Shown here one piece after another: positions 53,151-60,780 of a stretch of 60,780 nucleotides of DNA. Both the position numbers and the translations under genes were made by a program. A model generated the notes under the pieces. It did not search any database, was not told the origin of the DNA, and worked only from the letters and a program-made list of their open reading frames with translations. Source of the DNA: a virus (lineage: Duplodnaviria > Caudoviricetes). Within the stretch, counting starts at the first letter, position 1. Every line of letters begins with the position of its first letter. The stretch spans positions 1-60,780 of the IMG/VR virus record IMGVR_UViG_3300010373_000010; one strand, 5' to 3'.

Positions 53151-53581
53151 GCCGATACCGGACTTCCACACGATCTGACAGGCTACGGATGACAGAGGAG
53201 CAGCGCGAGCTTGAACGAAGTCGCGCCAGAGCGAAGTACGCGAAAAACCGTGAAGCAATACTCGCTTCCAGAAAAGAATATTATCTTCGCACATTAGAGA
53301 CACGCAGAGCTGAGAGGCTTCGCTTTCATTGGAAGAATCGTGGCGTAGACGTATCCACGATACGGTGGCCGAAGCCTCTGGTCTGTGATACACCTGGATG
53401 CGGAGGCACAAAGAAGATATCCTTGGATCACGACCACGCTACCGGCCGATTCCGCGGGTGGCTTTGTGACGTGTGCAACCGGTCTATAGGGCTGCTCAAG
53501 GAGCGTCCTGATATACTCCGGGCATTGGCGGCCTATATAGAACAAAAACGAGGGCCAGATGGGTGCGATCCCAGCGGGTAG
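53141..53581 (+). CDS. EndoVII-type HNH endonuclease 4
   Basis: CDTPGC..ISLDHDHATGRFRGWLCDVCNRSIGLL. Confidence 0.9.
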   Translation: MDMSRYRTSTRSDRLRMTEEQRELERSRARAKYAKNREAILASRKEYYLRTLETRRAERLRFHWKNRGVDVSTIRWPKPLVCDTPGCGGTKKISLDHDHATGRFRGWLCDVCNRSIGLLKERPDILRALAAYIEQKRGPDGCDPSG

Positions 53582-55859
53582 TGCAGGTTACGGCGGCGCA
53601 GCAGCTCTGGGCGCGATGCCCCCCGTCAATGCGGAACTTTCCAACTCTGCTCGGCAAGCCAGTCCCGTGCCTGGGGTCTATGACGGAGCGGCTGCCCCTT
53701 CGTCCAGGAAAGTGGTCAACCGTGCTGCTGAGCCGATGCGGCACCAGGGACGTGGACTTATCCGGGTCGTCTCGCATTCTGAGATGCTCGAAACCGAGCG
53801 GGCGAGTGACGATCTATCGAAGGTCTCTGCTGAAGTCGCCACTGACTTGGCCAACTACATCCGCCAGCGCTTCGAGAAAGCCGTTCGCCACCGCCGAGTT
53901 ATTCTCGTAGATGACGAGCTGATCCGCGACATGCGTGCCTACAACGGGCAGTACGACCCGGGCACGCTCCAGGCCATCGAGCAGCAGGGCGGCTCCGCGG
54001 TGTACTCGCGTCTCATGGCCATGAAGTGCCGCGGTGCCACCGCGCTCCTGCGCAATGTGTACATGAACTCCGACCGGCCGTGGTCGTTGGAGCCCACGGC
54101 GGACCCGAAGGTCCCGGATGCGATCGAGAATCACATTACCACCCTGGTTCACCAGGAAGTGGTAGCGGCCAACCAACAGGGCCAGATGCTGACGCAGGAT
54201 CTCATCCACGATCGGCTGAAGCAGTTGTTCGAGGCGACGCAGCTCGCTGAGCGCCGCAAGGCGGACGACGACGCGAAGCAGGCGGAGCGCCGCATCGATG
54301 AGATTCTGGAGGAAGGTTGCTTCTACAAGGCGCTCTCGGAGTTCCTTGCCGACCTTCCCGTCTACAAATACGCGGTCATGAAAGGTCCGGTGACACGAAA
54401 GTACACCGAGCTGAAGTGGGATGCCAAGAAAAAACTGCATGCGCACGAGAGCGCGAAGTTCTTTTGGGAGCGTGTTAGCCCTTGGGATGTTTGGTTTTCT
54501 CCTGGCGCGACCAGCATATCCAACACCGAGGTCTTCGAGCGGCAGCGTCTGTCTGTCAATGATCTCTATCAGCTCATCGGACTGCCCGGTTATCGCGAAG
54601 ATGACATCCGAGCTATCATCCAAGCCTACGAAGGTCGCGGATTCAAGGAGTGGATTCAGATTTTCGACTATGAACGGGCGCAGATGGAGGGGCGAAACAA
54701 CGTTCTGGACGACACGTTTATCAACGCGATTGAGTTTCACGGGTTCGTTCTCGGGCGATACCTCCTGGAATATAACGTTCCAGGTGTCGATGACCCTCTG
54801 AAGCCCTACTTCATCACAGCTTGGATGGTGGACAAGCGCATTTTCAAGGTGATGTTGAACCCATCACCGCGTATGCGTGTGCCGTACTACATCACGAGCT
54901 TCGACAAGCAGCCCGGGAGCCTCTACGGCAACGGCATTCCGGCCATGGCGAACGATCTCACCGACGTCATCAACGCAACTTTGCGTGCGTTGGTCAACAA
55001 CATCGCCATTTCGAGCGGTCCGCAGGTCGTTTACGACGAGGAATTGATCGCTCCGAACCAGTCGGATGCGCTGTACCCGTGGAAACGGTGGAAGTACACG
55101 GGCGATCCGCTCAATCCGAACCGCCAACCGATCAGTTTCGAGCAGCCGCAGTGCAATGCTCAGGAACTGATGAGCGTCATCAACCAGTTCAGCACGATGC
55201 TGGATGACGTTTCGACCATTCCGAGGTACCTGACAGGCTCCGGACAGCAAGGTGGAGCGGGTCGTACGGCCTCGGGCCTCTCGATGCTCATCAACAACGC
55301 CAACAAGACGCTGATGAACGTCGCGGACAACATCGACAACGATGTTTTGAAGCCGTTGCTGCACCAACTCTACGACTTCATCATGCTGACGGACAGCACC
55401 GGCATGCTCCGCGGCGACGAAAACATCCTGGTGAACGGCGTTCGGCAGGCTGCGGCACAGGAACAGGATCTCACGAAGCAACTCCAGTTCCTCCAGCTCA
55501 TCAACAACCCGCAATATCAGGCCCTCATCGGCCCGGACGAGGTTGCGAGGCTGCTCCAGGCCGTTGCGGACAATATCGGCATGGAAATCAAGGTCAAACA
55601 GCCCGGCGACATCCCCGGCGGACCGCCTCCGGGGCTTCCCCCCGGTGTTGCGCCGCCTCCTGGGTGGCCGAATGCCCAGCCGCCCCCGCTTCCTGGACCG
55701 ACTCCGTCCGGCGCGCTGCTGCCGACAGGTCCTGGAGCGAGCTACAACGCCACCGGGGCCAACCAGCCGGCGCCGTCGGGGGCCGCGCAGCCGGGCGCCG
55801 GAGGCGTGCAGGGGCTCCAAGCTGCACCACAGGTTGCACCGATGAACTCCGTGCAGTAG
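53559..55859 (+). CDS. Portal protein
   Basis: Follows terL; RVSPWD, YG.GIP, RALVNN.AISSGPQV, GAGRTASGLSML; Pro-rich tail. Confidence 0.88.
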   Translation: MGAIPAGSAGYGGAAALGAMPPVNAELSNSARQASPVPGVYDGAAAPSSRKVVNRAAEPMRHQGRGLIRVVSHSEMLETERASDDLSKVSAEVATDLANYIRQRFEKAVRHRRVILVDDELIRDMRAYNGQYDPGTLQAIEQQGGSAVYSRLMAMKCRGATALLRNVYMNSDRPWSLEPTADPKVPDAIENHITTLVHQEVVAANQQGQMLTQDLIHDRLKQLFEATQLAERRKADDDAKQAERRIDEILEEGCFYKALSEFLADLPVYKYAVMKGPVTRKYTELKWDAKKKLHAHESAKFFWERVSPWDVWFSPGATSISNTEVFERQRLSVNDLYQLIGLPGYREDDIRAIIQAYEGRGFKEWIQIFDYERAQMEGRNNVLDDTFINAIEFHGFVLGRYLLEYNVPGVDDPLKPYFITAWMVDKRIFKVMLNPSPRMRVPYYITSFDKQPGSLYGNGIPAMANDLTDVINATLRALVNNIAISSGPQVVYDEELIAPNQSDALYPWKRWKYTGDPLNPNRQPISFEQPQCNAQELMSVINQFSTMLDDVSTIPRYLTGSGQQGGAGRTASGLSMLINNANKTLMNVADNIDNDVLKPLLHQLYDFIMLTDSTGMLRGDENILVNGVRQAAAQEQDLTKQLQFLQLINNPQYQALIGPDEVARLLQAVADNIGMEIKVKQPGDIPGGPPPGLPPGVAPPPGWPNAQPPPLPGPTPSGALLPTGPGASYNATGANQPAPSGAAQPGAGGVQGLQAAPQVAPMNSVQ

Positions 55860-55896
55860 TATCCGATTCGACCATAACAAGATCCCCATGAGGGAC

Positions 55897-56241
55897 ATGG
55901 CAATGAGCAAGACCAGCGGTACCAGTTCGATTCATGCCCAGGGCACGGGTCCGACGATCACCAAGAATGATCCGGCCAAGTTTCGCAGCGGTGGCGGACG
56001 CAAGTCTGGCACCAACGGTGTGATCGACCAGGGCACCGGCCCGGTCTTCACCGAGAACAGCACGCACATCCCGACCATGAACGCTGACAAGGCGCCCCGT
56101 GAGTCGAAGGTGATCCGTTCTGGCAAGGGCGACTTCCTCCCGACGCGCGCCAATGCGAAGGATGCCTCGACGGAGGGCACCGGCGGCGGCCTCACCAGCT
56201 CTCCCCTGAAGGCTTCCTACTCCAAGCGTGGTCGCAAATGA
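55897..56241 (+). CDS. Hypothetical head-module protein
   Basis: GAGGGA RBS; basic and Gly-rich. Confidence 0.65.
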   Translation: MAMSKTSGTSSIHAQGTGPTITKNDPAKFRSGGGRKSGTNGVIDQGTGPVFTENSTHIPTMNADKAPRESKVIRSGKGDFLPTRANAKDASTEGTGGGLTSSPLKASYSKRGRK

Positions 56242-56510
56242 GCAACCCCGGCACCAAGACGCCCCCGAGCCGCTTCCCGAAGTCCGGTGAGTACGGCACC
56301 GCGCTGCCCCAGGCCGCCGGGTCGAAGCAGCTCAAGTGTGATCACCTGGATCTCCTGCGCGGACAGGTCGCGGAACTCAAGAGCGACAACGGCCCGACCG
56401 CCCCGGCGACTCGGGTCTACTCGCGCGACTACAGCAAGACCGACCCCGATGGCGACCAGGGCGACGACACCCTGAGCCCGTTCCTCGGGCGCCCGATCTT
56501 CAGGCTGTGA
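56238..56510 (+). CDS. Hypothetical head-module protein
   Basis: ATGA overlap. Confidence 0.65.
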   Translation: MSNPGTKTPPSRFPKSGEYGTALPQAAGSKQLKCDHLDLLRGQVAELKSDNGPTAPATRVYSRDYSKTDPDGDQGDDTLSPFLGRPIFRL

Positions 56511-56535
56511 GCATGGACAAAGGAACCAGCGACCT

Positions 56536-56751
56536 GTGAGCTACGATCGACAGCGCTTGGCGGACAGTCTCCGCCAGCTCAAAGATAATCCCCATTTTGG
56601 TCATTATGTGACCACGCTTGAGGAGCACTACTCGGATCGCGTCCGAACTCTCCTCATCAGCCCGACGCCAGACGAAGCCCTTCGCGGCGAATGCCGGGCT
56701 CTCCACATGCTTCTCCACAACATCAACAATAACAACGGGAATATCACATGA
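56536..56751 (+). CDS. Conserved small protein between portal and scaffold
   Basis: AAGGA RBS; L..NP.F..LRGECRAL pattern. Confidence 0.65.
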   Translation: MSYDRQRLADSLRQLKDNPHFGHYVTTLEEHYSDRVRTLLISPTPDEALRGECRALHMLLHNINNNNGNIT

Positions 56752-57824
56752 ACGCTCCAGCACCCGGCCATACCAATCTTCCGGCGGCCGTTCGCGCCCA
56801 GGTAGCAGAAGCCCACCGCCTCGTCGCCGAACTGAATGCCCCTCCCCCGCAGCCCGGCGCTGCCCCTGTTTCACCGGCGGCTCAGCCGCCCGCGCAGCCC
56901 GCGGCCAGTGTTCCGCCGGCGCAACCGAGCCCGCATCCCGGCGCCGCTCCCCCGCCGTCGCCCGGTGCCGTTGCCGATGCGACGCAAGACGCGGACCTCC
57001 GTGAGCAGCTACGCCGCTCCGAAGCGCGCTTCTCGACGCTCCAGGGCAAGTACAACGCCGAGACGGAGATGCTGCGTCAGCAGCTCAACCAGAACACGCA
57101 GCTCATGACCGAGATGCTGGCGCGAGACCGCGCCGCGCCGCCCCCGGCGCCCCCGGCGCCCGTGACGCCGGAGGATCGTGTGCGCTCTCTCGGAGCCACA
57201 GACAAGGAGATCGAGGAGTACGGCGACCTGCTTCCGCTTGTCGCGCGACTCGCCGAGAACATGGTGAAGCCCACCATCGAGAAGCTGAACACGGAACTGG
57301 CTAGGCTCAATCAGACCACGGTCCGTGTGGCGCAGGACGCGCGCCGCGGCTCCGTGGCCTCCCTGGAAGCGCAGCTCGACGCCGCGGTGCCGACGTGGCG
57401 TCAGATCAACGAGAGTCAAGAATTTCTTGACTGGCTGGGAATCACGGATATATTCAGTGGCGTGACCCGTCGGGTGGCACTGACGGACGCCTACAATAAG
57501 CTCGACGCCGCACGTGTCGTAGCGATATTTCAGGCATATGTACGGGAATACCCTGCACAGGCACGAGCCCCGGGCGCTGCACCAGTTGACCCGGCGACAC
57601 TCGTGGCCCCGGAAGTCCGGGGTGGACCTCCAGCGGCTCCCGAAGGTAGCGGCGGAAAAAGGATGCTGTCTGAGTCAGAGATAGCGGACTTCTACGCCAG
57701 AGTGCGGAAAAAGCAGGTGTCGCCTGAACAGTATCAGGCGTTCATGCAAGAGATCGCTCGCGCAAGCGCGGAAGGGCGGATCGTACCGACCCGTAGAATG
57801 CGACACGCGAACGAGGCGTTTTAG
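56748..57824 (+). CDS. Capsid scaffolding protein
   Basis: Directly upstream of the MCP; coiled coil, TLQGKYNAE, VPTWRQIN..F..WL, A.AEGRI. Confidence 0.8.
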   Translation: MNAPAPGHTNLPAAVRAQVAEAHRLVAELNAPPPQPGAAPVSPAAQPPAQPAASVPPAQPSPHPGAAPPPSPGAVADATQDADLREQLRRSEARFSTLQGKYNAETEMLRQQLNQNTQLMTEMLARDRAAPPPAPPAPVTPEDRVRSLGATDKEIEEYGDLLPLVARLAENMVKPTIEKLNTELARLNQTTVRVAQDARRGSVASLEAQLDAAVPTWRQINESQEFLDWLGITDIFSGVTRRVALTDAYNKLDAARVVAIFQAYVREYPAQARAPGAAPVDPATLVAPEVRGGPPAAPEGSGGKRMLSESEIADFYARVRKKQVSPEQYQAFMQEIARASAEGRIVPTRRMRHANEAF

Positions 57825-57864
57825 AACAAGAACAACGAAGCAAACCTTCGGGCGGTAAACTGAC

Positions 57865-58959
57865 ATGGCTGGTTATCCAATTGCAGGTACCCCGTACCTG
57901 GGCTCCAATCCCTCGCCGGCTTACAGCGGCGTTTTCATCCCCGTTATCTGGTCGGGCAAGTTCGTGGAGAAGTTCTACGACGCGACCGTCCTCGGCGCGA
58001 TTGCCTCCACGGACTACGAGGGCGAGATCCGGAACTACGGCGACACCGTCAACATCCGGACCCATCCGACGATCACCATCAACGCGTACACGGCGAACCA
58101 AGCGCTGACCGTTCAGCGTCCCAGCTCGCCGCTGGTGCAGCTCCAGATCAACCAGGGTGCGTACTTCAACACCGTCCTGGACGATGTCATGGAGATCCAG
58201 GCGGACGTGGATCTGCTCAGCAACTGGGCGGACAACGCGTCCGAGCAGATGAAGGTGTACGTGGACACCAATGTGCTCCAGCTCGTGTCCCTCGGCAACA
58301 ACTCGGACCCGCACAACCTCGGGACCGCGGCCGGTCGGCTCAGCCAGAGCATCAACCTGGGCTACAGTCAGAACACCCTGACCGCGGCTGCGACGCAGGG
58401 CGTGCCTCTGTACATCGGTGCGGCGTCAGGTGCGTCGGGCAACACCGGCGTCAGCGCTGCGACTTCGCGCAAGGTGATCGACTTCATCATCGACTGCGGG
58501 CTGGTGCTCGACGAGCAGCGCGTTCCGGAGACGGGCCGCTGGATCGTGGTTCCCCCGTGGGTCGCTGCGATGGTGAAGCGCTCGCAGTTCCAGCAGGCGT
58601 ACCTGACCGGTGACGCTGTGTCCATCGCGCGGAATGGCCGCCTGGGCATGATCGACCGGTTCACGGTCTACGTCAGTAACCTCCTGCCGGTCGGCAACGG
58701 TGCGAACGTGTCAGCAACGGGTACGACTTACCCCGAGCTGGCGTCCGAGACCAACGGCGGTGGTCTGAAGACCGGCGAGTGGGCCGTGTACTTCGGTCAC
58801 AGCCTGGGCCTCACGTTCGCGTCGCAGATGACCAAGGTCGAGACGCTGCGCTCCGAGAGCACCTTCGGTACCCTCATGCGCGGTCTCCAGGTCTGGGGCT
58901 TCCAGGTCATCAATCCGACGCTGGTTGGCGAGGCCATCGTTGTGAACGGTGGAACCTGA
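57865..58959 (+). CDS. Major capsid protein
   Basis: FIPVIWSGK..KFYD..TDYEGEI..GDTVNI, LDEQ.VP..GRW, G.IDRF.VY.SN, RGLQVWG; very strong codon bias; followed by a terminator. Confidence 0.92.
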   Translation: MAGYPIAGTPYLGSNPSPAYSGVFIPVIWSGKFVEKFYDATVLGAIASTDYEGEIRNYGDTVNIRTHPTITINAYTANQALTVQRPSSPLVQLQINQGAYFNTVLDDVMEIQADVDLLSNWADNASEQMKVYVDTNVLQLVSLGNNSDPHNLGTAAGRLSQSINLGYSQNTLTAAATQGVPLYIGAASGASGNTGVSAATSRKVIDFIIDCGLVLDEQRVPETGRWIVVPPWVAAMVKRSQFQQAYLTGDAVSIARNGRLGMIDRFTVYVSNLLPVGNGANVSATGTTYPELASETNGGGLKTGEWAVYFGHSLGLTFASQMTKVETLRSESTFGTLMRGLQVWGFQVINPTLVGEAIVVNGGT

Positions 58960-58992
58960 TCCGACTGACGTCCCCTTGCGGGTGTGACGATC

Positions 58993-59034
58993 AAGGGGGC
59001 CGCTCCATAAGCTGGACGGCCCCCTTTCTTCTTT
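58993..59034 (+). terminator. Intrinsic terminator after the capsid gene
   Basis: AAGGGGGCCG..CGGCCCCCTT-TCTTCTTT. Confidence 0.8.
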
Positions 59035-59049
59035 ACGGGAGACCTTGGA

Positions 59050-59439
59050 ATGAGCGACATCAGTGTAAAGTCTATCGACGATGCCATCTTCGAGGCGCGC
59101 TCGATCGTCAACGACCTTCAGGTCCCGTATCGCAACCCGGATACGACCCTTATCACATTCCTGAATACGGCTCTCCGCGCGCTTTATGCTGTGCGGCCGG
59201 ATGCCTTCATCGGCGACTTCAGCTCCGGCGTGATGTCCAACAACGCCGTCGAGACCTACTACGTGACCGACCTTGGCCTCACCCCGCCGACTCCTTTCCC
59301 AGTGGATGATCGGCTGTTCTTCTACCCCGTGGTGGCCTTCATCGCCGGCAGCGTGGAGATCCAGGATGATGAGTTCACCGACGCCGCGCGATCCGCTCAG
59401 CTCATGGCGAGCTTCAAACAACAGCTCCAGGGGGCATAA
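59050..59439 (+). CDS. Head-tail adaptor/head completion protein
   Basis: ND...R..D..L..FLN......RPDAF pattern; follows the MCP. Confidence 0.7.
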   Translation: MSDISVKSIDDAIFEARSIVNDLQVPYRNPDTTLITFLNTALRALYAVRPDAFIGDFSSGVMSNNAVETYYVTDLGLTPPTPFPVDDRLFFYPVVAFIAGSVEIQDDEFTDAARSAQLMASFKQQLQGA

Positions 59440-59441
59440 TC

Positions 59442-60170
59442 ATGGCAATAGTCACCCTCGACGGCGGCCAATCCTCCCAGGCACTGGGCGGTCAGGTTCT
59501 CCAGTACATCATCAACCTCGTGTTGCAGCAGATCCCGGGTGCGCCGGACCAGCTCGTCTCGACGCAGCTCACACAGGTCGCCCGAGAGTTCTACACGAAG
59601 TCCACGGCATGGCGTGAGGATGTTGGTCCGTACAACATCAAGCAGCTCCAGGACACTGTTCAGCTCAACCCGGTGGACCAGAACAAGCGTGTTCAGTTCG
59701 TGCTCGACGCGTGGTTGTTCCCCTACGAAGGAGCGAATCTGCCACAGCGGTTGATTGTGCTGACTCGCGCGCCATACGGCGGCACGCCGCAGCCGCCGAG
59801 CCGCTACTACATGAAGCTCATGGATCAGTTGCAGCTTTACCCGGTGCCGGACCAGAGCTACGGCAAGATCCTGTACGTCCGCGCCTCTCTGGTGCCTACG
59901 CCGACGGCGACCACGCTGCCCGATGTGGCGTACACCCACCACCTGGATGCGCTCCAGTATGGCGTTCTGGCGCGGCTCTATCGCATGCCGAAGAAGCCCT
60001 GGACCGACAAGGAACTCGGTCAGGACTATGAGCGCAAGTTCCGTCAGGAGATCATGATCTGGCGTGACGTGGCGCAGCGCGGCAACGGCCCGGCTGACAC
60101 CCCGGTGTTCTATCCGCGCTTCGCTGGCGTCCGCGGCGCGTCGCAGCTACTTCCGAGGGCCGGCGGATAA
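59442..60170 (+). CDS. Tail adaptor (tail tubular protein A-like)
   Basis: PG.PD..REF..S.AWRE, L.LYPVPD, GVLARLY.MP.KPW. Confidence 0.75.
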   Translation: MAIVTLDGGQSSQALGGQVLQYIINLVLQQIPGAPDQLVSTQLTQVAREFYTKSTAWREDVGPYNIKQLQDTVQLNPVDQNKRVQFVLDAWLFPYEGANLPQRLIVLTRAPYGGTPQPPSRYYMKLMDQLQLYPVPDQSYGKILYVRASLVPTPTATTLPDVAYTHHLDALQYGVLARLYRMPKKPWTDKELGQDYERKFRQEIMIWRDVAQRGNGPADTPVFYPRFAGVRGASQLLPRAGG

Positions 60171-60583
60171 TGAGCGGGTACACCGACTTCCTATACAACA
60201 ACGCACGGCATCTGTTCGCCACGGCGCAGCTCAATTGGCCAACGGCTGCGGTCAATGCGATGCTAGTATCGGCATCATATTCGCCATCGTTGAATGATGT
60301 GTATGTTTCGGATATTCCATCAAGCGCGATCATCGTGCGTGATCTCCTGTGTACTAGTGTAGGTGAAAAGAACGGCGCGTGTTATTGCACGATCCCTCAG
60401 ATCCAAGCTGTGGTGTCTCCATATACGGTGGTCGCGGTTGTGTTGTATATCAAGGGGGCGAGTGATTCGGTTAGCCCGTTGGTTTATTACAGCTCGACAG
60501 GACCAGGATTTCCGTTTCTGCTACAAGGATTCTCGTACTACGTTGGGTACGATGTTGCCAGCGGCGGATTTTTTCAAGTATGA
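60170..60583 (+). CDS. Virion structural protein
   Basis: Tail module; LY.NA..F..Q..W..LV..Y.P pattern. Confidence 0.65.
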   Translation: MSGYTDFLYNNARHLFATAQLNWPTAAVNAMLVSASYSPSLNDVYVSDIPSSAIIVRDLLCTSVGEKNGACYCTIPQIQAVVSPYTVVAVVLYIKGASDSVSPLVYYSSTGPGFPFLLQGFSYYVGYDVASGGFFQV

Positions 60584-60780
60584 CTTCTCTTGTTATAACA
60601 GGACTTATAGGATCTCCGGGAAGTGGCGATGTTTTGTTGTCATGGTCTACGACATCAACACTGCAAACCACGTATACAGCAAACGGGTCTTTCCCTGCAC
60701 CGGATTCAGGTGTTACACAGATTGAAGTTCAGGCTCTTGGAGCCGGCGGCGGCGGTGGCGCGGGACCTGCCGCTAGCGGG
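60580..60780 (+). CDS. 5' part of the Gly-rich tail protein that continues at 1..957
   Basis: ATGA overlap at 60580 (MTSLVITGLIG...), in frame with base 1 through the repeat. Confidence 0.8.
   Translation, partial: MTSLVITGLIGSPGSGDVLLSWSTTSTLQTTYTANGSFPAPDSGVTQIEVQALGAGGGGGAGPAASG
60658..60780. repeat. Terminal direct repeat copy 2 (123 bp)
   Basis: Identical to 1-123. Confidence 0.95.

Noticed and set aside
60658-60780. 123-bp terminal repeat as a biological DTR
   Set aside because: It lies in the middle of a tail gene that reads through the junction in frame, so it is best explained as circular-assembly overlap

Overview
The window is an apparently complete, circularly permuted genome of a GC-rich tailed phage with podovirus-type architecture. 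The unit length is about 60,657 bp, because bases 1-123 recur at 60658-60780 inside a coding sequence. The Rz/Rz1 spanins and GH108 endolysin indicate a Gram-negative host. The rightward arm (46.8 kb, wrapping through the junction to 18.5 kb) carries an atypical tRNA-like gene, small ORFs, terminase, portal, scaffold, major capsid, adaptor/tail proteins, three tail-fibre/receptor-binding candidates, a nozzle, a lysis cassette, a GNAT protein and three ejection-type proteins (369, 806 and 2325 aa). The leftward arm (46.7 to 18.5 kb) carries early genes, a MoxR AAA+/VWA-peptidase module, a family A DNA polymerase (Leu762 type), a PD-(D/E)XK nuclease, a nucleotide-handling cluster, an SNF2 helicase, an SSB-like protein and an AEP primase-helicase. 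Four free-standing EndoVII-type HNH nucleases are inserted between core genes. I saw no integrase, RNA polymerase, reverse transcriptase or CRISPR array. The most unusual signal is non-coding. The early region holds a series of long, multibranched intergenic RNA structures, the largest about 430 nt at 46290-46722. Their G-U wobble polarity mostly follows the direction of transcription, and many share a GCGGGCTGAG motif. The region also has an iteron-flanked AT-rich putative origin and an inverted three-gene island with its own structured leader. All functional calls come from motif recognition by eye; no database search or folding program was run.
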